Assembly (NCBI GenBank): GCA_025558095.1
Contig: JAIVFI010000024.1
Location: 62,001 to 126,000, forward strand
Length of the DNA stretch: 64,000 nt
Origin: Hyaloraphidium curvatum SAG 235-1
Lineage: Eukaryota; Fungi; Monoblepharomycota
Direction: 5' to 3'
This document shows, piece by piece, positions 33,729-45,922 of the stretch (position 1 is the first letter of the stretch; each line of letters starts with the position of its first letter). Both the position numbers and the translations under genes were made by a program. Below the pieces are notes generated by a model. That model had not been told where the DNA came from, did not search any database, and saw nothing but the letters and a program-made list of their open reading frames with translations.

Positions 33729-36623
33729 TCACTTCCTGAAGAAGGGGCTCTTGGTATAGTCATTCTCCACCGGCAGCACCACCTTCGGCCTCTTCTGGGG
33801 CGGCTCCTTCCCCTCCTCGTCCGAGTCGATCAAATAGGCGCCCTGCGACGGCTTCGGGGCCGGCCGCTTGTCGTGCAGCACCAGCGTGTAGTGGGGATCG
33901 GGCTCGGTCGAGACCACCCTACTGCTCTTGGCGACGGCCGTGCTGGTCTGCACCGGCGACATGACCCCCGGCCACTCCCGCGCCTGCCGGAAGGCGTCCA
34001 CGCTGCCCGCCAGCCCCTTCTTGCCGTCCACCTTTTGCTTCTTGGCCTGGTGCTGCGCGTCCGGGTTGCCCGCGATGGCCGCGGCCGCCGGGTTCCGCGG
34101 ACCGCCAGGGGTGTTCCACTGGTTCCGGTCCGCCGGAGGGCCGCCGTACTGCACGGGAGGCGCCGCCGGCGCCTTCGACGCGTTGTTGTTGAGCGCCTTG
34201 ACCAGACCGGGCTTGGTGTTGGCCGGCGGCGGCTTCGGCTTGGGCTTGGACTTGGGCTCGGGCGGCGCCGCGTACTCGTCGTCGTCCGAGGAAAAGATGA
34301 TCCTGCGGCCGCCCCTCTTGCCGCCCTTGCCCGCCGGCCTTTTGGGCTCGTCGTCGTCGCTGCCGTCCGACACGACCTCGGTCGGCGCCCCCTTGCTGCC
34401 CTTGGGCGGGACCGGCACGCGCTGCGCGCCGCCGCCGATGCCCGGCGCCTTGAACGGCCCGGCCTTACCCGCGTTCTCGTTCTGCAGCGCTTCACGCGCG
34501 GCCGCGCGGAGCTTCTCGAGGCTCATCCCGCTCGCCGAAAGCGCCGAATGCACCTCCGAATTCTGCAAGACCTGCGCGGAAATCAGCCGTCCTCCCCGCG
34601 CAACGCACCCGGCGGCGATGCCCACCTTGAGGATGTACGGCACCCCCATGCCCCGCTTCTCCTCGGCATGCAGCTTCTCCTCGTCGTGGGCCACGTCCTC
34701 CAGCATCATGAGGTCGTACACCGAGCGCACGAACGTCTCGAGCTCCTGCACCGCTGTGCCGTAGTGGTACTCGTCCTCCAGCAGCTCGCGGATGCGCGCG
34801 GGCCCGGCCAGCGCCCTGGCCAGAATGTCGTCCGCGAGCTCGTCGCGGTCCTGGCGCGCGGCCTTGGCGATCGTCTTGCGGATGCGGTAGTTGTTGCCCC
34901 CCGAAAAGGCCACGTGCGAGCTGACCACCGCCTCGCGCAGGCAGCCTTCGATCAGCTTCTTGAGCTCCTCCCTGCTCCGCAAGGGCGAGTCCGCGGGGCC
35001 GGCCAGCACCGCCTCGACCTTGCGCAGCGCCTCGATGCCCATGATCCCCTCGAGCACGTAGTACCACTCGAGCTGCAGCACCACCGGCTCGACCAGCTCC
35101 TCCGGGTCCCTGCGCCGCGCGTTCCTCCGCGGGCCGGGCCGGCCCTGCTCGTAGAACCCCTCGTCCTTCTGCACCGTCTCGTAGAACCACCCCGTAAAGT
35201 CCATGAAGGTCCGCTTGAGCTGCTCGAGCTCGGGCACCGTGGGCACCCAGTCCCACTTGCCCCGGTGAAGCCCCGCGTCGTAGGTGGTGTGCCGGCCGAC
35301 GGCGATCGGGCGGCTGGACGGGGCCGCGGGCGCGTCGTCGTCGTCGTCGAGGACGATGACGTCGTCGGCGGGTGCCGCGGGCCCGGGGGGTGCGGCGCCG
35401 GGGGGCTTCCACTGCGTGATGACCATGAGGAGGCGGACGAAGCTGTCGCGCAAGGGGAGGCAGACGAGGCGGCGGTCCTTGCCGAACTTGTCCGGGTCGA
35501 GAAAGTCCGGCTCGGGGTGGATCTCGAGCAAGACTGGCGAAAAACGGGGGGATCAGAAGGGTGGCGACGCCGCGGCACCGCGCGACAACGCACGCTCGAT
35601 GAGCTCGCCGATCCTATCGACCCGGTCGAACCACCGCGACGCCTTCCGGACGAGGAGCTCGTGCAGCTGCGGGAAGTTCAGCTTGCGCCGGTCGCGCCAG
35701 TGCTTCTGGTCGTCGCGCTTTCTGCGGGGGTCCATGAGCGCCACCTCGTCCTCGGCCCAGAACGGGTCGTCCGGGTTCTTCTCCCTGAGCTCGTCGTCGG
35801 TGTTGCCGTCGCATTCCTCCTTGCCGGCGCGGTAGGCCTCGATCTTGCGGTGGATCCAGTCGGCTTTCTCGGCGTAGGTCCACTCCATGAGCAGCGAGCG
35901 CGTAAAGTCCCAGCACAGGAAATCGAACACGAGCCGGTCGATGAGCAGGGCGGGGACCATGGTGGCTGAGGGCACGTTGTGGATGACGAGGTCCACGCCC
36001 TCGCCGGGCTCGGGTTCGTCGTCCGTGTCGGAAACCTCCAGGTCGCCATCGTTGGCGTCCTTTCCGAACCCCTTCGACCGCGTGCCCATGAGCTGCAGCT
36101 TCTCGGGCGAGGCCGACCGCGGCGGGGCCAGCTGCGGCAGCGGCGCGTCGTCCTCCGAATCGGTTTCGGGTTTGCGCACGGGCTTGATGCCCTTGCCGAC
36201 CGCGGCCTTCGGCTTCGGCTGCCCGGCTGTCGGCTTTTGCTCGGCGCGCGAGTCCTTCGCAGTGGCAGGAGTCACCTGCTGCTTTCCCCCTCTCCCGATC
36301 CCGAACATGCCCCACACAGAATCCTGCGGCTTCTGCTTCCCCTTGTCCGGCGGCGGCGGGCGGTCCTCCGGCCGCTGGAACGCGGGCGGCGCCAATGCGC
36401 GGGTTGATCGCGCCACGGTCGTCTTGTGGCCGGCCAAGATCGAGCCGACGAACGAGGTGCCGTCGTAGCCCGCGATCTCGTCGGGGGAGCCGTCGGCGAC
36501 CGGCAGCCGCAGCCGCGCGGCCGGCGTCTGCGCGGGCCGCCGCTGCGCCGCCGGGATCTCCGTCACTTCGTCCTCGTCGCCGTCGCCGTCGTCGGGGAGC
36601 GCCCACGGGTCGGGGCCGGCCAT
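33729..36623 (-). CDS. Uncharacterised protein with disordered termini and a helical core (multi-exon)
   Basis: ORFs 35553-36623 and 33729-35531 are joined by a probable intron at about 35535-35590, with a second in-frame intron at about 34570-34625. High GC3; no family recognised. Confidence 0.7.
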
Positions 36624-37006
36624 TTTGGGAGCGCCCGCGAAACAAGTGCGACGCGTTCCTCCCGGCAGCCGCGCTCCGCCGCCGGCCGCGCCGGCCCTCC
36701 GGCTTAAACCCGCCCTCTAACGCGCGGGGCGTGGGGCGATGCGGGCCCAGAGCGGTGCGCAGGCCGCGGAGCGGTGGGGACAGAATGCGGGACTGCGGGA
36801 CCCGGAAGAGAACGCGCAGCCAACTCGCACCTCTCTCCCATGACCCAAACGCCCCCAACGCTTGAAAGGACGCCGTTTGGCCTCGTCCCCAAGCCAGAAC
36901 GTGGATTCGCTCCTCATCTTCAAGCAATCCGAATCGCTTATTCCTATTCACAGTTTTTCGTTCGAGACAGAGCACGTGAGCCAGCCCAATCGCCCCCCCC
37001 GACGCA

Positions 37007-39899
37007 TCACACGGTCTTGACCTTGAAAGGCAGGTAATCCCCCGTCTTGGACCCCAGCTTGCCGTCCAGCGCGATGACGAAGTTGGGCAGCGCCGGCGCG
37101 CCGTTGGTGTTTGTGATCACGGGCTGCAGCTCGTACGTCTTGCCCGCGGGCCCGAGGCTGGCCGTGTTGAACGAGACGGCGAAGCGGGTGACGGACTGCG
37201 TGCCGGGGAGCTGCGTCGCGGTGACGCCGGGGATCGAGGCGTTGTTGCTCATGAGGTTGATGCTCGAGATGGGGTAGCCCTTGCCGTAGCCGGTGATCTC
37301 GATCTCGTTGTGGATGACCATGGTGAAGTTGACGGCCGCGTTGTAGGGGATCTGCACGCCGGTGGAGGACTTGGAGAGCGCGACTGGGGGGGGAGGGGGA
37401 GCTCAGCGATCCTTCGAAAACGAGGGGCTGCGCTCGGTTACTCACGGCCCATATCGCCGTACTTGTACGTGTAGTAGGGCGCGATCGCGGTCACGTAGTA
37501 CGCGGGTCCGATCTGCGAAAAAGGCAGTCAGCATCGAAGAGCATCCACCCGCGGGCCGCCCACGCACCTTCTCGCCCAGCGTCTGCTGCACGGGGTGGAA
37601 CCCGCCCGCGCTTGTCAGCGCCCCGTACCACGGCGCCGGCACCGTGTACGCCGGCGTCGTGCCGACGGGGTAGTCCACCTCGACGTGGATGTTGCCCACG
37701 CGGAACCGGCTCGGGCTGGTCGAGGGGACGACGAACTTGACGGTGACGTTCTTGGAGGCCGCGACCCAGGTGCGGAGCTGGTTGATGTCGACGGGCATGA
37801 TGAAGGCGCGGCCGGCTTCGAAGGAGGAGATGGCCGAAGGTGCGAGGGAGCCTGGGAAGCGCGGTGAGCGGACGGTCGCGGCCGGCACCGCGCCGATGCC
37901 CACCTTCCACGGGCGGCGGGATCGCCCCGATGGACACCCCGTTGATGGTCACCACGTCCGCCGCGTTCACGATCCCCGGGCTCGTGTTCTCGGCATGCAT
38001 GGTGAACATGAGCCGCGCCGCCGTCGCGCCGGCCAGGGCGTCGGGGATGGCCAGGGCAAAGTTGGGCGAGCTGACGTACTTGGAGACGGGGAAGTGGTTC
38101 AGGTTGGCGCCCTTGGTTCCCCCTGCGAAAAGCGGGTCGGCGCGGGACCCGGGCGGGGACGATCGGGAGGGACCCACAGGAGGTGCCGCTGTACTGGTCG
38201 TAGTAGAGCCGCGGGCTGACGATGGGGTAGTTGCGCGTGACCTGGGACGGTGCCGGCCCGTCGAAGCCGAAGTTGTCCCAGTGGATGGTGGCGAAGGGCT
38301 CGTCCGCGGCCGTGGTGTCGTAGCTGTACTGCGTGAAGTGCAGCGTGCCCTTCTCGTACGGCAGGCTGATGGCCGTCTCGAGCACCTTGAGCCCGCTGAC
38401 GGTGATGGAGACCAGGTTCTTGCTGATCTTGACGACGAAGGGCCGGCGCACGTTGCGGATGAGCGGGACGCCGAGGACGTCGAGGTCGACGGTCTTGACG
38501 ACCTTCATTATGCCGTCGCTGCCGAAGAAGAGCACTGCGAGGGTCTGCTCGTTGCCCATGTTGGTGCGGATGCGGAGCATGTTGACGGGGGCGCCGGGGT
38601 TCTGCACGTCTGCGGATGCGGGGGCATGCATGCGTCAGCGGGAAGTTCGGAGCGGGCGCGGGTGAGGATGCGAACCGGCGATGTGGATCTGCCCCTCCGT
38701 GTCGATGAGGTCGCCGGCCATCAGGTCCAGGTACCAGTTCGTCTGGTGGAACGAGCCATCTGCGCAAACGGTCAACGGATGCGCGGACGGATGCAGCCGC
38801 ACCGGCCCTCACCGAAATCGAAGGCCACGGTTCCCGTGCGCCCGGTAAAGTCGAACGAGTTGCGCGGCCGCATCACGTTGAGCCCCTTCTCGCAGTAGAC
38901 GGGCGACGAGACGACCTGGTGCGCGTGGAACTGGCCGTTGATGAAGGCCGCCGAGTACTGCGGGTACGAGCAGATCGAGATGGCGTTGTTCCACTTGGTC
39001 TCGTCGAGGGCGCCGGCGGCGGTGTTGAAGTCTGCGGCGTGCCGGGCGGCGGTGTCAGCATGGAAGGGGGCAGCACAGGGGAGCGTCCCACCGTCGAAGA
39101 ACCCGGTCATGGCGGTCCGCAGCGCATCCACCCGCGCCGAATCGCTCTGGAACGTCACGCTCGCGCTGGCGGCCGTCAGCGTGCCGTCCGACTGCACAGC
39201 CTGCACGCTCGCGGTGTACCTATGCAGGACGCGGGTCGGGGTGAGCTCAGGCGTGCACGGCGGTGCATGGAACTCACTGGACCCCGGGGGTGAGCGGCTG
39301 CAGCTGGTGGAACTGGTACGGCGTGTAGGCGACGGCCATGGCGCCTCCCACAGGGCCCCAGGTGATGGCGTAGCCCTGCAACATCAGGTCAGACACAGCA
39401 CGCGAGACCTTAGTAAGGAGCCGAAGCCCACGTTGTGGTTGTAGTAGGAAAGACGGGTCTTCCAGTCCCAGGCCATGTTCTGCCGGCCCATGCCAAAGTC
39501 CCAGTAGACGCCGGGGTTGGTGTCGTACGAGATAGTGGCGTAGCGGTCGTCGGCGGTGACCTGGAGAACAGGGGTCAGCCCGAGATCGCAATGTGCAGCC
39601 CGGCGGGAGGTTACCTGCACGTTGACGGGGACCTGCGGGGCTGTGCCTTGCGGGTACGCGCCGTTGGCGTTGGGTGGGGGCGGCGGCGGCGGGGCGGGCG
39701 CGGGCAGCGGCGGCGCGGGCGTGGCGGTCGGCACGAACGAGGTGCAGGAGGTCACGGGGCTCGTGACGACGGAGATGATGGTCGTCGTGTAGGTGGTGAA
39801 CGCCGTCACGCATGAGGTTTCCGCCGCGGCGGGCGCCGCGGCCCAAAGGAGTCCGAGGCAGGCGAGGACGGTGAGGCGGAGTCCGCTGCGGCGCGCCAT
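37007..39899 (-). CDS. Secreted beta-rich multidomain protein (ConA/lectin-like core possible), many exons
   Basis: Signal peptide MARRSGLRLTVLACLGLLWAAAPAAA, a Pro linker, an Fn3-like segment, then MRPRNSFDFTGRTGTVAFD and ATIHWDNFGFDGP. About 8-9 GT-AG introns. Confidence 0.7.
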
Positions 39900-40366
39900 G
39901 GTTGCGGGAGAGATCCGTGCGGGGCGAGTCCCTGGGGCCCGGTTTTATGAGCAGCGAAACGGCGGCACAGCCAGCAGACTTCTTCCGACGGCGGGTAACG
40001 ATGCCGCCTGGGTCCCGCTCGGGGATCTTCCACCATAACAGGGATCATCCGCCTCGTCCCCGCGAGCGAAGGAGCAGGTGGGTAATCGCTCTCTGGCCAT
40101 CCACGGTCAAAAAGCGCCCGTGTTCGGCACATGTCGAATGCTCGATGCGCCTGTCCGTGCCTTGAGCGGTGGATCGCGAAAACACCAGGATCTTCCACCC
40201 CGCGTCCCGAGCCACCAGCCCGATCCCCAAAAAGTCTGACTGCAGGCCCTTTCGGAATTCGGCGCTGTGCAAGTTCGAATCGCGGAGCACAGCCAGGACA
40301 GAATCACATCATGGCGGTGCTGGATGAAACGATGTGCGATGATGTATGCCTCGGAGAGCCCGCCAT

Positions 40367-41383
40367 TCAATTCCCCACGCGCCGCCCGTACTCGCCCTCC
40401 ATCGTCGTAATCAGGCCCGCCAGCACGCGGTTGACCGGGCATCCGATCCCGAGCTCCGCCCCCAGCCTGACAAATTCGGCGTTGATCTCACCGATCTCGG
40501 TCCGCCTGGCCTTGAGCACGTCCACCAGCATCGAGTTGGTGTTGGCCGCCGTGGCCGCGCACACATCCCCGATCCTCCGCCGCCAGTAGTCCTCGGTGGT
40601 GTCGAAGTCCACGCCCTTGGCCGCGGCGACCTTGGCCGCCTCCACGGCGGCGCCGACCATCACGTCCAAGGAGGGGGAGCCGGGTGTGCCGCACACCCCG
40701 TTGGGAAGCCTGGTCAATGCGGCCACGGGGTTGAGCGCGGCATTGATGACGGCCTTGGTGAAGATGGCCTTGTCCGTCGCCTTTGGCGATTTTGCGGCGG
40801 TGAAGGGGAGCCCGGCCTTCCGGAACAGCTCCTCGAGCTCCCCGACCAGCGCCACCGCCTCCGGATCGTCATCCGTAGGCCCGACCACGTTCATCCCGGT
40901 GCCTGTGTCCCTTACGACCCCCTCGGCCTCGATCCGGGCGCCCTGCGCGGTCGTCCCGGCGAGCACGCGCCCGGCCCACCCGGCCTCGCGGATCCGCGCG
41001 GCGTTGCCGATGCCGTTCTGCAGCGTGACGAGGCAGGCGGCTTCCGGGAGGTGCTTTGCGATGGATTCGACCGCTGCCCGCGTCTGGAACGACTTGACGA
41101 GCACGAGGAGGAACAGCGTGCTTTTGCCTCCCGCGACCGCCGACGCGTCCGCCGTGGCCGGCACCGCCGCCAGCTCGCCCTCGCCGAGCTTCTGGTCTCC
41201 TTTAAGCAGCCGCACGCCGCTCAGGTTCAGTCTCTCCGCACGGTCCGCACGGTGGTCGACCAGAAGCGCCGGAACACCACCGAGCTGGAGACGCGCCGCG
41301 AGGAGCATGCCCACCGCGCCCGGGCCCAGGACGGCAACTTTCGGCGATGGCGAAGAAAGAAACGCGGCAACGGAGCTGGCCAT
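40367..41383 (-). CDS. panE: 2-dehydropantoate 2-reductase (ketopantoate reductase)
   Basis: Motifs VAVLGPGAVG, LVKSFQ, TLQNGIG, KAVINAALNP and NSMLVDVLKARRTEIGEIN; intronless. Confidence 0.93.
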   Translation of the reverse strand: MASSVAAFLSSPSPKVAVLGPGAVGMLLAARLQLGGVPALLVDHRADRAERLNLSGVRLLKGDQKLGEGELAAVPATADASAVAGGKSTLFLLVLVKSFQTRAAVESIAKHLPEAACLVTLQNGIGNAARIREAGWAGRVLAGTTAQGARIEAEGVVRDTGTGMNVVGPTDDDPEAVALVGELEELFRKAGLPFTAAKSPKATDKAIFTKAVINAALNPVAALTRLPNGVCGTPGSPSLDVMVGAAVEAAKVAAAKGVDFDTTEDYWRRRIGDVCAATAANTNSMLVDVLKARRTEIGEINAEFVRLGAELGIGCPVNRVLAGLITTMEGEYGRRVGN

Positions 41384-41530
41384 CGTGGAGGAGAGCTACT
41401 GAACTGGGTGGTGCGACTCGGCCAAGTCCGTAGTACTGGTCGTGGACACGTCCTACCGACGGCAGAGCAACGTTTCAAGATCGATGAATCGATAAACGAA
41501 GCCAAGACGGACTAAAGACATAAGATGCAG

Positions 41531-43196
41531 CTAGGCCCATTCGCCCTCCAGCGGCTCGACGGGATGCTTCTCCTTCTCCATCTCCAAGCTGGTGAAGCGT
41601 AGCTGAATCAGACACCGAACGCCTCCCCGGCCGCGCGTCGACACCCACTCCTGGAACACCTTCTCGTCCTTCAGCTCCTCCACCTCCCCCTCCTCCTCCT
41701 CCACCATGCCCTGCAGCGCCTCCTGCGCTTCGCCCTTTGGCTGCCCGGACGCCCCGATCAGCACCAGCTCCGCCCTGGGCACGTCAAGGAACGCGGGCGG
41801 GTTGGCATCGACGAACCTGCGGCCGGCGAAGAGAGCCTGCAGCTCGGGGGGAAAATCGGCGTTGCGGTTGCCGCCGAAGCCGACGCTGCTCGGATTGCAT
41901 GAGAAGGGTCGATCGGGCTGAGCGGGACGCGGGTTGCTCACCCTTGCGCCGGCCTCTCGGGGTTCTTGACGGCGAGCACGAACGAGCCCTGCTTGCCGAT
42001 CCCGAAATCGTCCTGCACCTCGCCCGGTTCCGAAGGCACCTGCAGAGAGTAAGCGAGGTGCGTCCCGCCGCCCTGGTCGACGATCGCGTACGCGCCCATC
42101 CCTTCCCTAGCAGTGTCAACGTCTCCGCTCCGATCGGCACGGAGAGCCGCGGAAACCGACCTACGGGGCGCACGGGCCGCTGCTCGCTCTTGGTCGCGCG
42201 GGCGGCGCCCGCCTGCCCCGCCTCGACCTTGGCGCTGAGCTCCGCCATCGACGGCGCGACGAGCTCGACGTAGGCCCAGAAGCGCTCCCTGCCGGCGCCG
42301 GTTCCGGGCAGCTGCGGGCCAGGGGCGTCAGCGAGCTGTCTCGGGCTCAGGATCGGCGGGGTCACCTTCTTCTTGCCGAGGTTGATCAGCCGGCACGCGC
42401 TGCCCTCCTTGGACGGCTTGAGGACCATGAACATGCGCTGGACGTCGTCGAGCGACTCGGCGTGCTCTGCCGACACCTTGGGGCGGTAGATGAAGTACAC
42501 GTGGCCAAGTTCCAGGACGCCTGGAAAGGCTGGTGTGAGTCGGCGGTATGAGCGGGAAGGCGCCACCCCACCTTTGCCGGGTTGGACCTGCGGCTCCTCC
42601 TGCGCGGCGTCCTCCTTTGCCTCGCCGGTCTCAGCCGGCGTCTCCGCGGGGGCTGTGGATTCCTCCTGGCCTCCCTCGAGCTCATCCTGCTCTTCGGCTG
42701 CCTCGCCGGGCTCGCCCTGCTCTCCCGGCGCTTCGCCAGGCTTCTCGGCTTCCTCGGCGGCAGGCTCGCCTTCCTTGCCCTCCTTCGCGGGCGGCTCCTC
42801 CTTCGCGGGCTCCTCCTCCTGAGCAGGCTCCTCCTCCGCGTCTGCCGCACAGGTCAGGAAACCTGCACATGCGTCCGATTCGGCGCCGGGCCCACCGCTC
42901 CCGTTTGCAGGCGACGCCTCCTCGTCCCCCTTCTGCGTCCCGTCCTCCTCCGTCGCCGCCCCCTCCTGCTCTTCCTCGCCCCCTTCGAAGCTGACTTCCA
43001 TCTCCTCTTCCACCTCCGCGGTCTCCTCGGCCTGCTTCTTGTCCTTGCGCGCCCGCTTCTTCGGGGGCGGCTCCGAGGCCTCGGACGACGCGGCGGGTGT
43101 CGCCGTCCGCCGCCGGGGGGAGCGGCGCAGGCCCGACGAGCCGTCGTCGGGGACTTCGAGGGAGGGCGTGCGCTCATCGCGCTTGCGGGGGGGCAT
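41531..43196 (-). CDS. Conserved hypothetical protein with an acidic N-terminus and a conserved C-terminal domain
   Basis: Motifs GVLELGHVYFIYRPKV, DDVQRMFMVLKP, GKKK|LP...RERFWAYV, THLAYSL..P.EPGEVQDDFGI..GSFVLAVKNP and FLDVPRAELVLIGA. Several introns. Confidence 0.8.
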
Positions 43197-43487
43197 CGTT
43201 GCGTCGGGTGTTGTTGCGGTTGGTTGGCCTGGGGACCGGTGACGTGGCGCGCTTCCTGTAGCGATCTGCGCGGGCCGGCGAACCAAACAGTTCGTGCAAT
43301 GCAGAAAACACGAGATGAATCCGAAGCCTATCAGGTCACTTCTCCCTCCATTCGGGCCCGCCGAGCTCTGTCTCCCACCGGGGACCTGAATCGATCCGTC
43401 CAGACCCATCCTGGGGCTTTCCACCGCCGTCGAGTCCCCCACCGCACAACACCTCGAATCTCCCAGCGCTCCCCCGCACACCCCGCA

Positions 43488-44798
43488 ATGTCCAGCCCCA
43501 CGCAGAACCCCACCGTGACCACGCCCCCTCTCCCCGCGCCCGGCGCCGCCGCGGCGCCCGCCGGGAGCGACGCGACGTCGGTCCCCACATCGCCTACCGC
43601 CGGCGCGCCCGGGAAGAAGATCCTCGTCGTCCTGTCGTCCTCGGACCACGTCACGCTGGAGGGAGGGAGGACGGAGCCCACGGGGTTCTTCATGAACGAG
43701 CTCTGCACGCCGCTGGCGAAGCTGCTCGAGAACGGCTACACGGTCGAGTTTGCCAATCCCAAAGGTCGGCCGGAAACGAACGTGTCGTTGCTCGCGCAAC
43801 GCTCACAGTGGTGTCGATTTTGTGTGGTCGACAGGAACCATGCCCGCCTCGGACCCGACCTCCATGTCCCTCCTCTGGTACCTCGGCTCGTCGGCCGCGC
43901 GGGACAAGCACAAGGACCTCATCGAGCGGATGAAGCACGAGGCCAACTTCTCCTCCCCCCGCCGCTTCGCCGACATCTCGGACGCGGAGCTGGAGGGGTT
44001 CGCGGGGTTGTTCATACCTGGGGGCCACGCGCCTCTTGAAGGTGGGCGGACCGCGCACCCGACGCTCAAGTGTGTCGCTTGATGCGGACGTCTACAGACC
44101 TTGCGCACGACGAGGATCTGGGAAGGATCATCATGCACTTCCACCGGACCGGCAAGACGATCGGTGGGCGTCGGCGCGGCTCTGGCGATCGACCCCGCTG
44201 CTGGACACCTCGTTTTGGCCCACGAACAGGCGCAATCTGCCACGGCCCCGTCGCTCTGATCTCGACCATGAAGGACCCGCGCCACGAGAAGTTCGCGTTC
44301 GAGACGTACAAGATGACGGGTGGGCGGACGTGCGACGGCCTCGTGCAGAACGATCCGCTGACGACGCCGCGCGGTTATCCCCCCAGCGTACTCGAACAAG
44401 GAAGAAGTTTTGAACGAGGTGGGATCTCCCGGACCGGACGCGGTACGGGACTGCATCTTGACATCGCCTCGTCGCAGATCAAGTGGATGCACAAGGTCAA
44501 GATCCACGTCGAATCCGAGCTCGCCAAGCACGGTACACCGAACTCGTTCCACCGCATCACCCCGCTAACCCTCTTTGTGTTCCCCACCTTAGGCGCCCTC
44601 TTCTCGTCCAGCATCCTCCCCCTCGGCGTGCACGTGGTCGAGGACCGGGAGCTCGTGACGGGGCAGAACCCGTCCTCGGCGTCGTCCTTTGCCGATGCAT
44701 TCCTGAAGAAGCTGGCGGCTCCGTGGTCACAGAGGAGGAGGTCGAGCGTGGGGAAGGTGGTCGCGGTCGCTGCGACTGCACCGCCGGCCGCGGCTTGA
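43488..44798 (+). CDS. DJ-1/PfpI (Hsp31-like) class I glutamine amidotransferase-fold protein, multi-exon
   Basis: Motifs KKILVVLSS, TGFFMNEL, FIPGGHAP, GAICHGP and ELVTGQNPSSA. Confidence 0.92.
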
Positions 44799-44909
44799 AG
44801 CGGTGCTGGGGGCTAGGAGGGTGGACGGATTGCGTCATGAGTGAGAGAGCGTAGTTCTTTCTTGTACATCTTTGCCGCCACATTTCAAGATCGTCGCATC
44901 CATCGCGGA

Positions 44910-45659
44910 TCATGCCCACTCATTAATGAGCTTCCTGAAGGCGTCCACCTCCTCCTTCTTGAGCAGCGGCGGCCCGTGCGACACCACGACGATGGTCCCC
45001 GCATCACCCGCCGCCTTGTCGCATTCCTCCAGCGCTTCCCTGAGCGCCGCCGTGATCTTGCGGTAGTCCGTCACGAGGATCCACCGGAAGACGCGGTTCA
45101 CCGCCAGCCCCGGCGCCGAGCCCGTCCAGTAGAACAGCTGCCTGATGACCCAGACCATGAGCGGCAGCGCCTTTTCCTCCTGGTTCCCGACGAACTCGTC
45201 CGCGTACAGCACGGAAGGCTTCTCGCGAGAGCCGGGGACCAGCACGACGCAGGAGCCGTTCTTGGAGCCGTGCACGTCCCGGAACACCGCCTTGCCGCCG
45301 CCGATCTCCTTCTGCAGGTCCGAGAAGGGGAGCACGCGCCTGCCGCCGAGGTCCTTGCCGACCTTGCGCTCGACCTCGGCCACGGCGGGCCCCGGCGCGT
45401 AGACCGGCGCGTCCGGGAACCTCGCCGCCCACATTGCCAAGCCTAGAGTGTGCCCAGAGTGCGGCGCCGCGATGGCTTTCAAGGTGCGGCCGCCGGACTC
45501 GAAGAAGGCGAGCTGCGCGTCTGCGGGAGCCGGCGGCGGCGAGAGCACCGCGAAGCCGCCGCCGCCCAGCGGCACCGCGAGCGCGTTGGTCGGGCCGAAG
45601 CCCTCGGCGTTGTACTCGAGCAGATAGACGCCAGTGCTGCCGAGCTCCGTCCAGGCCAT
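44910..45659 (-). CDS. Metallo-beta-lactamase-fold protein (DUF4336-like)
   Basis: Motifs LAVPLGGGGFAVLSP, IAAPHSGHTLGL..W..RFP, LYADEF and VVSHG; intronless. Confidence 0.65.
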   Translation of the reverse strand: MAWTELGSTGVYLLEYNAEGFGPTNALAVPLGGGGFAVLSPPPAPADAQLAFFESGGRTLKAIAAPHSGHTLGLAMWAARFPDAPVYAPGPAVAEVERKVGKDLGGRRVLPFSDLQKEIGGGKAVFRDVHGSKNGSCVVLVPGSREKPSVLYADEFVGNQEEKALPLMVWVIRQLFYWTGSAPGLAVNRVFRWILVTDYRKITAALREALEECDKAAGDAGTIVVVSHGPPLLKKEEVDAFRKLINEWA

Positions 45660-45922
45660 GCTTAACAATGCTTCGCGGTGTGGCGCGAGTCCGGGAGGTG
45701 GCGGTGACTCGATCCGATCCGAGCGAGCGGAAGAACCCCGCGGGATTCCCCGTCCTTATACACCCGAAGCCATCTGAACGACGACCGGAAAGTGCAGATG
45801 GGAAGCGAATCTGTCTTGTCGGTTGTTTAAGAGGGTGGATGTCAAAGCGGAACGCAGGAATCACGTTTCCGAAGCTCTAATCACGCCCAAAGACCTACAG
45901 CCTCCGCAACCCGCCCAAAACC

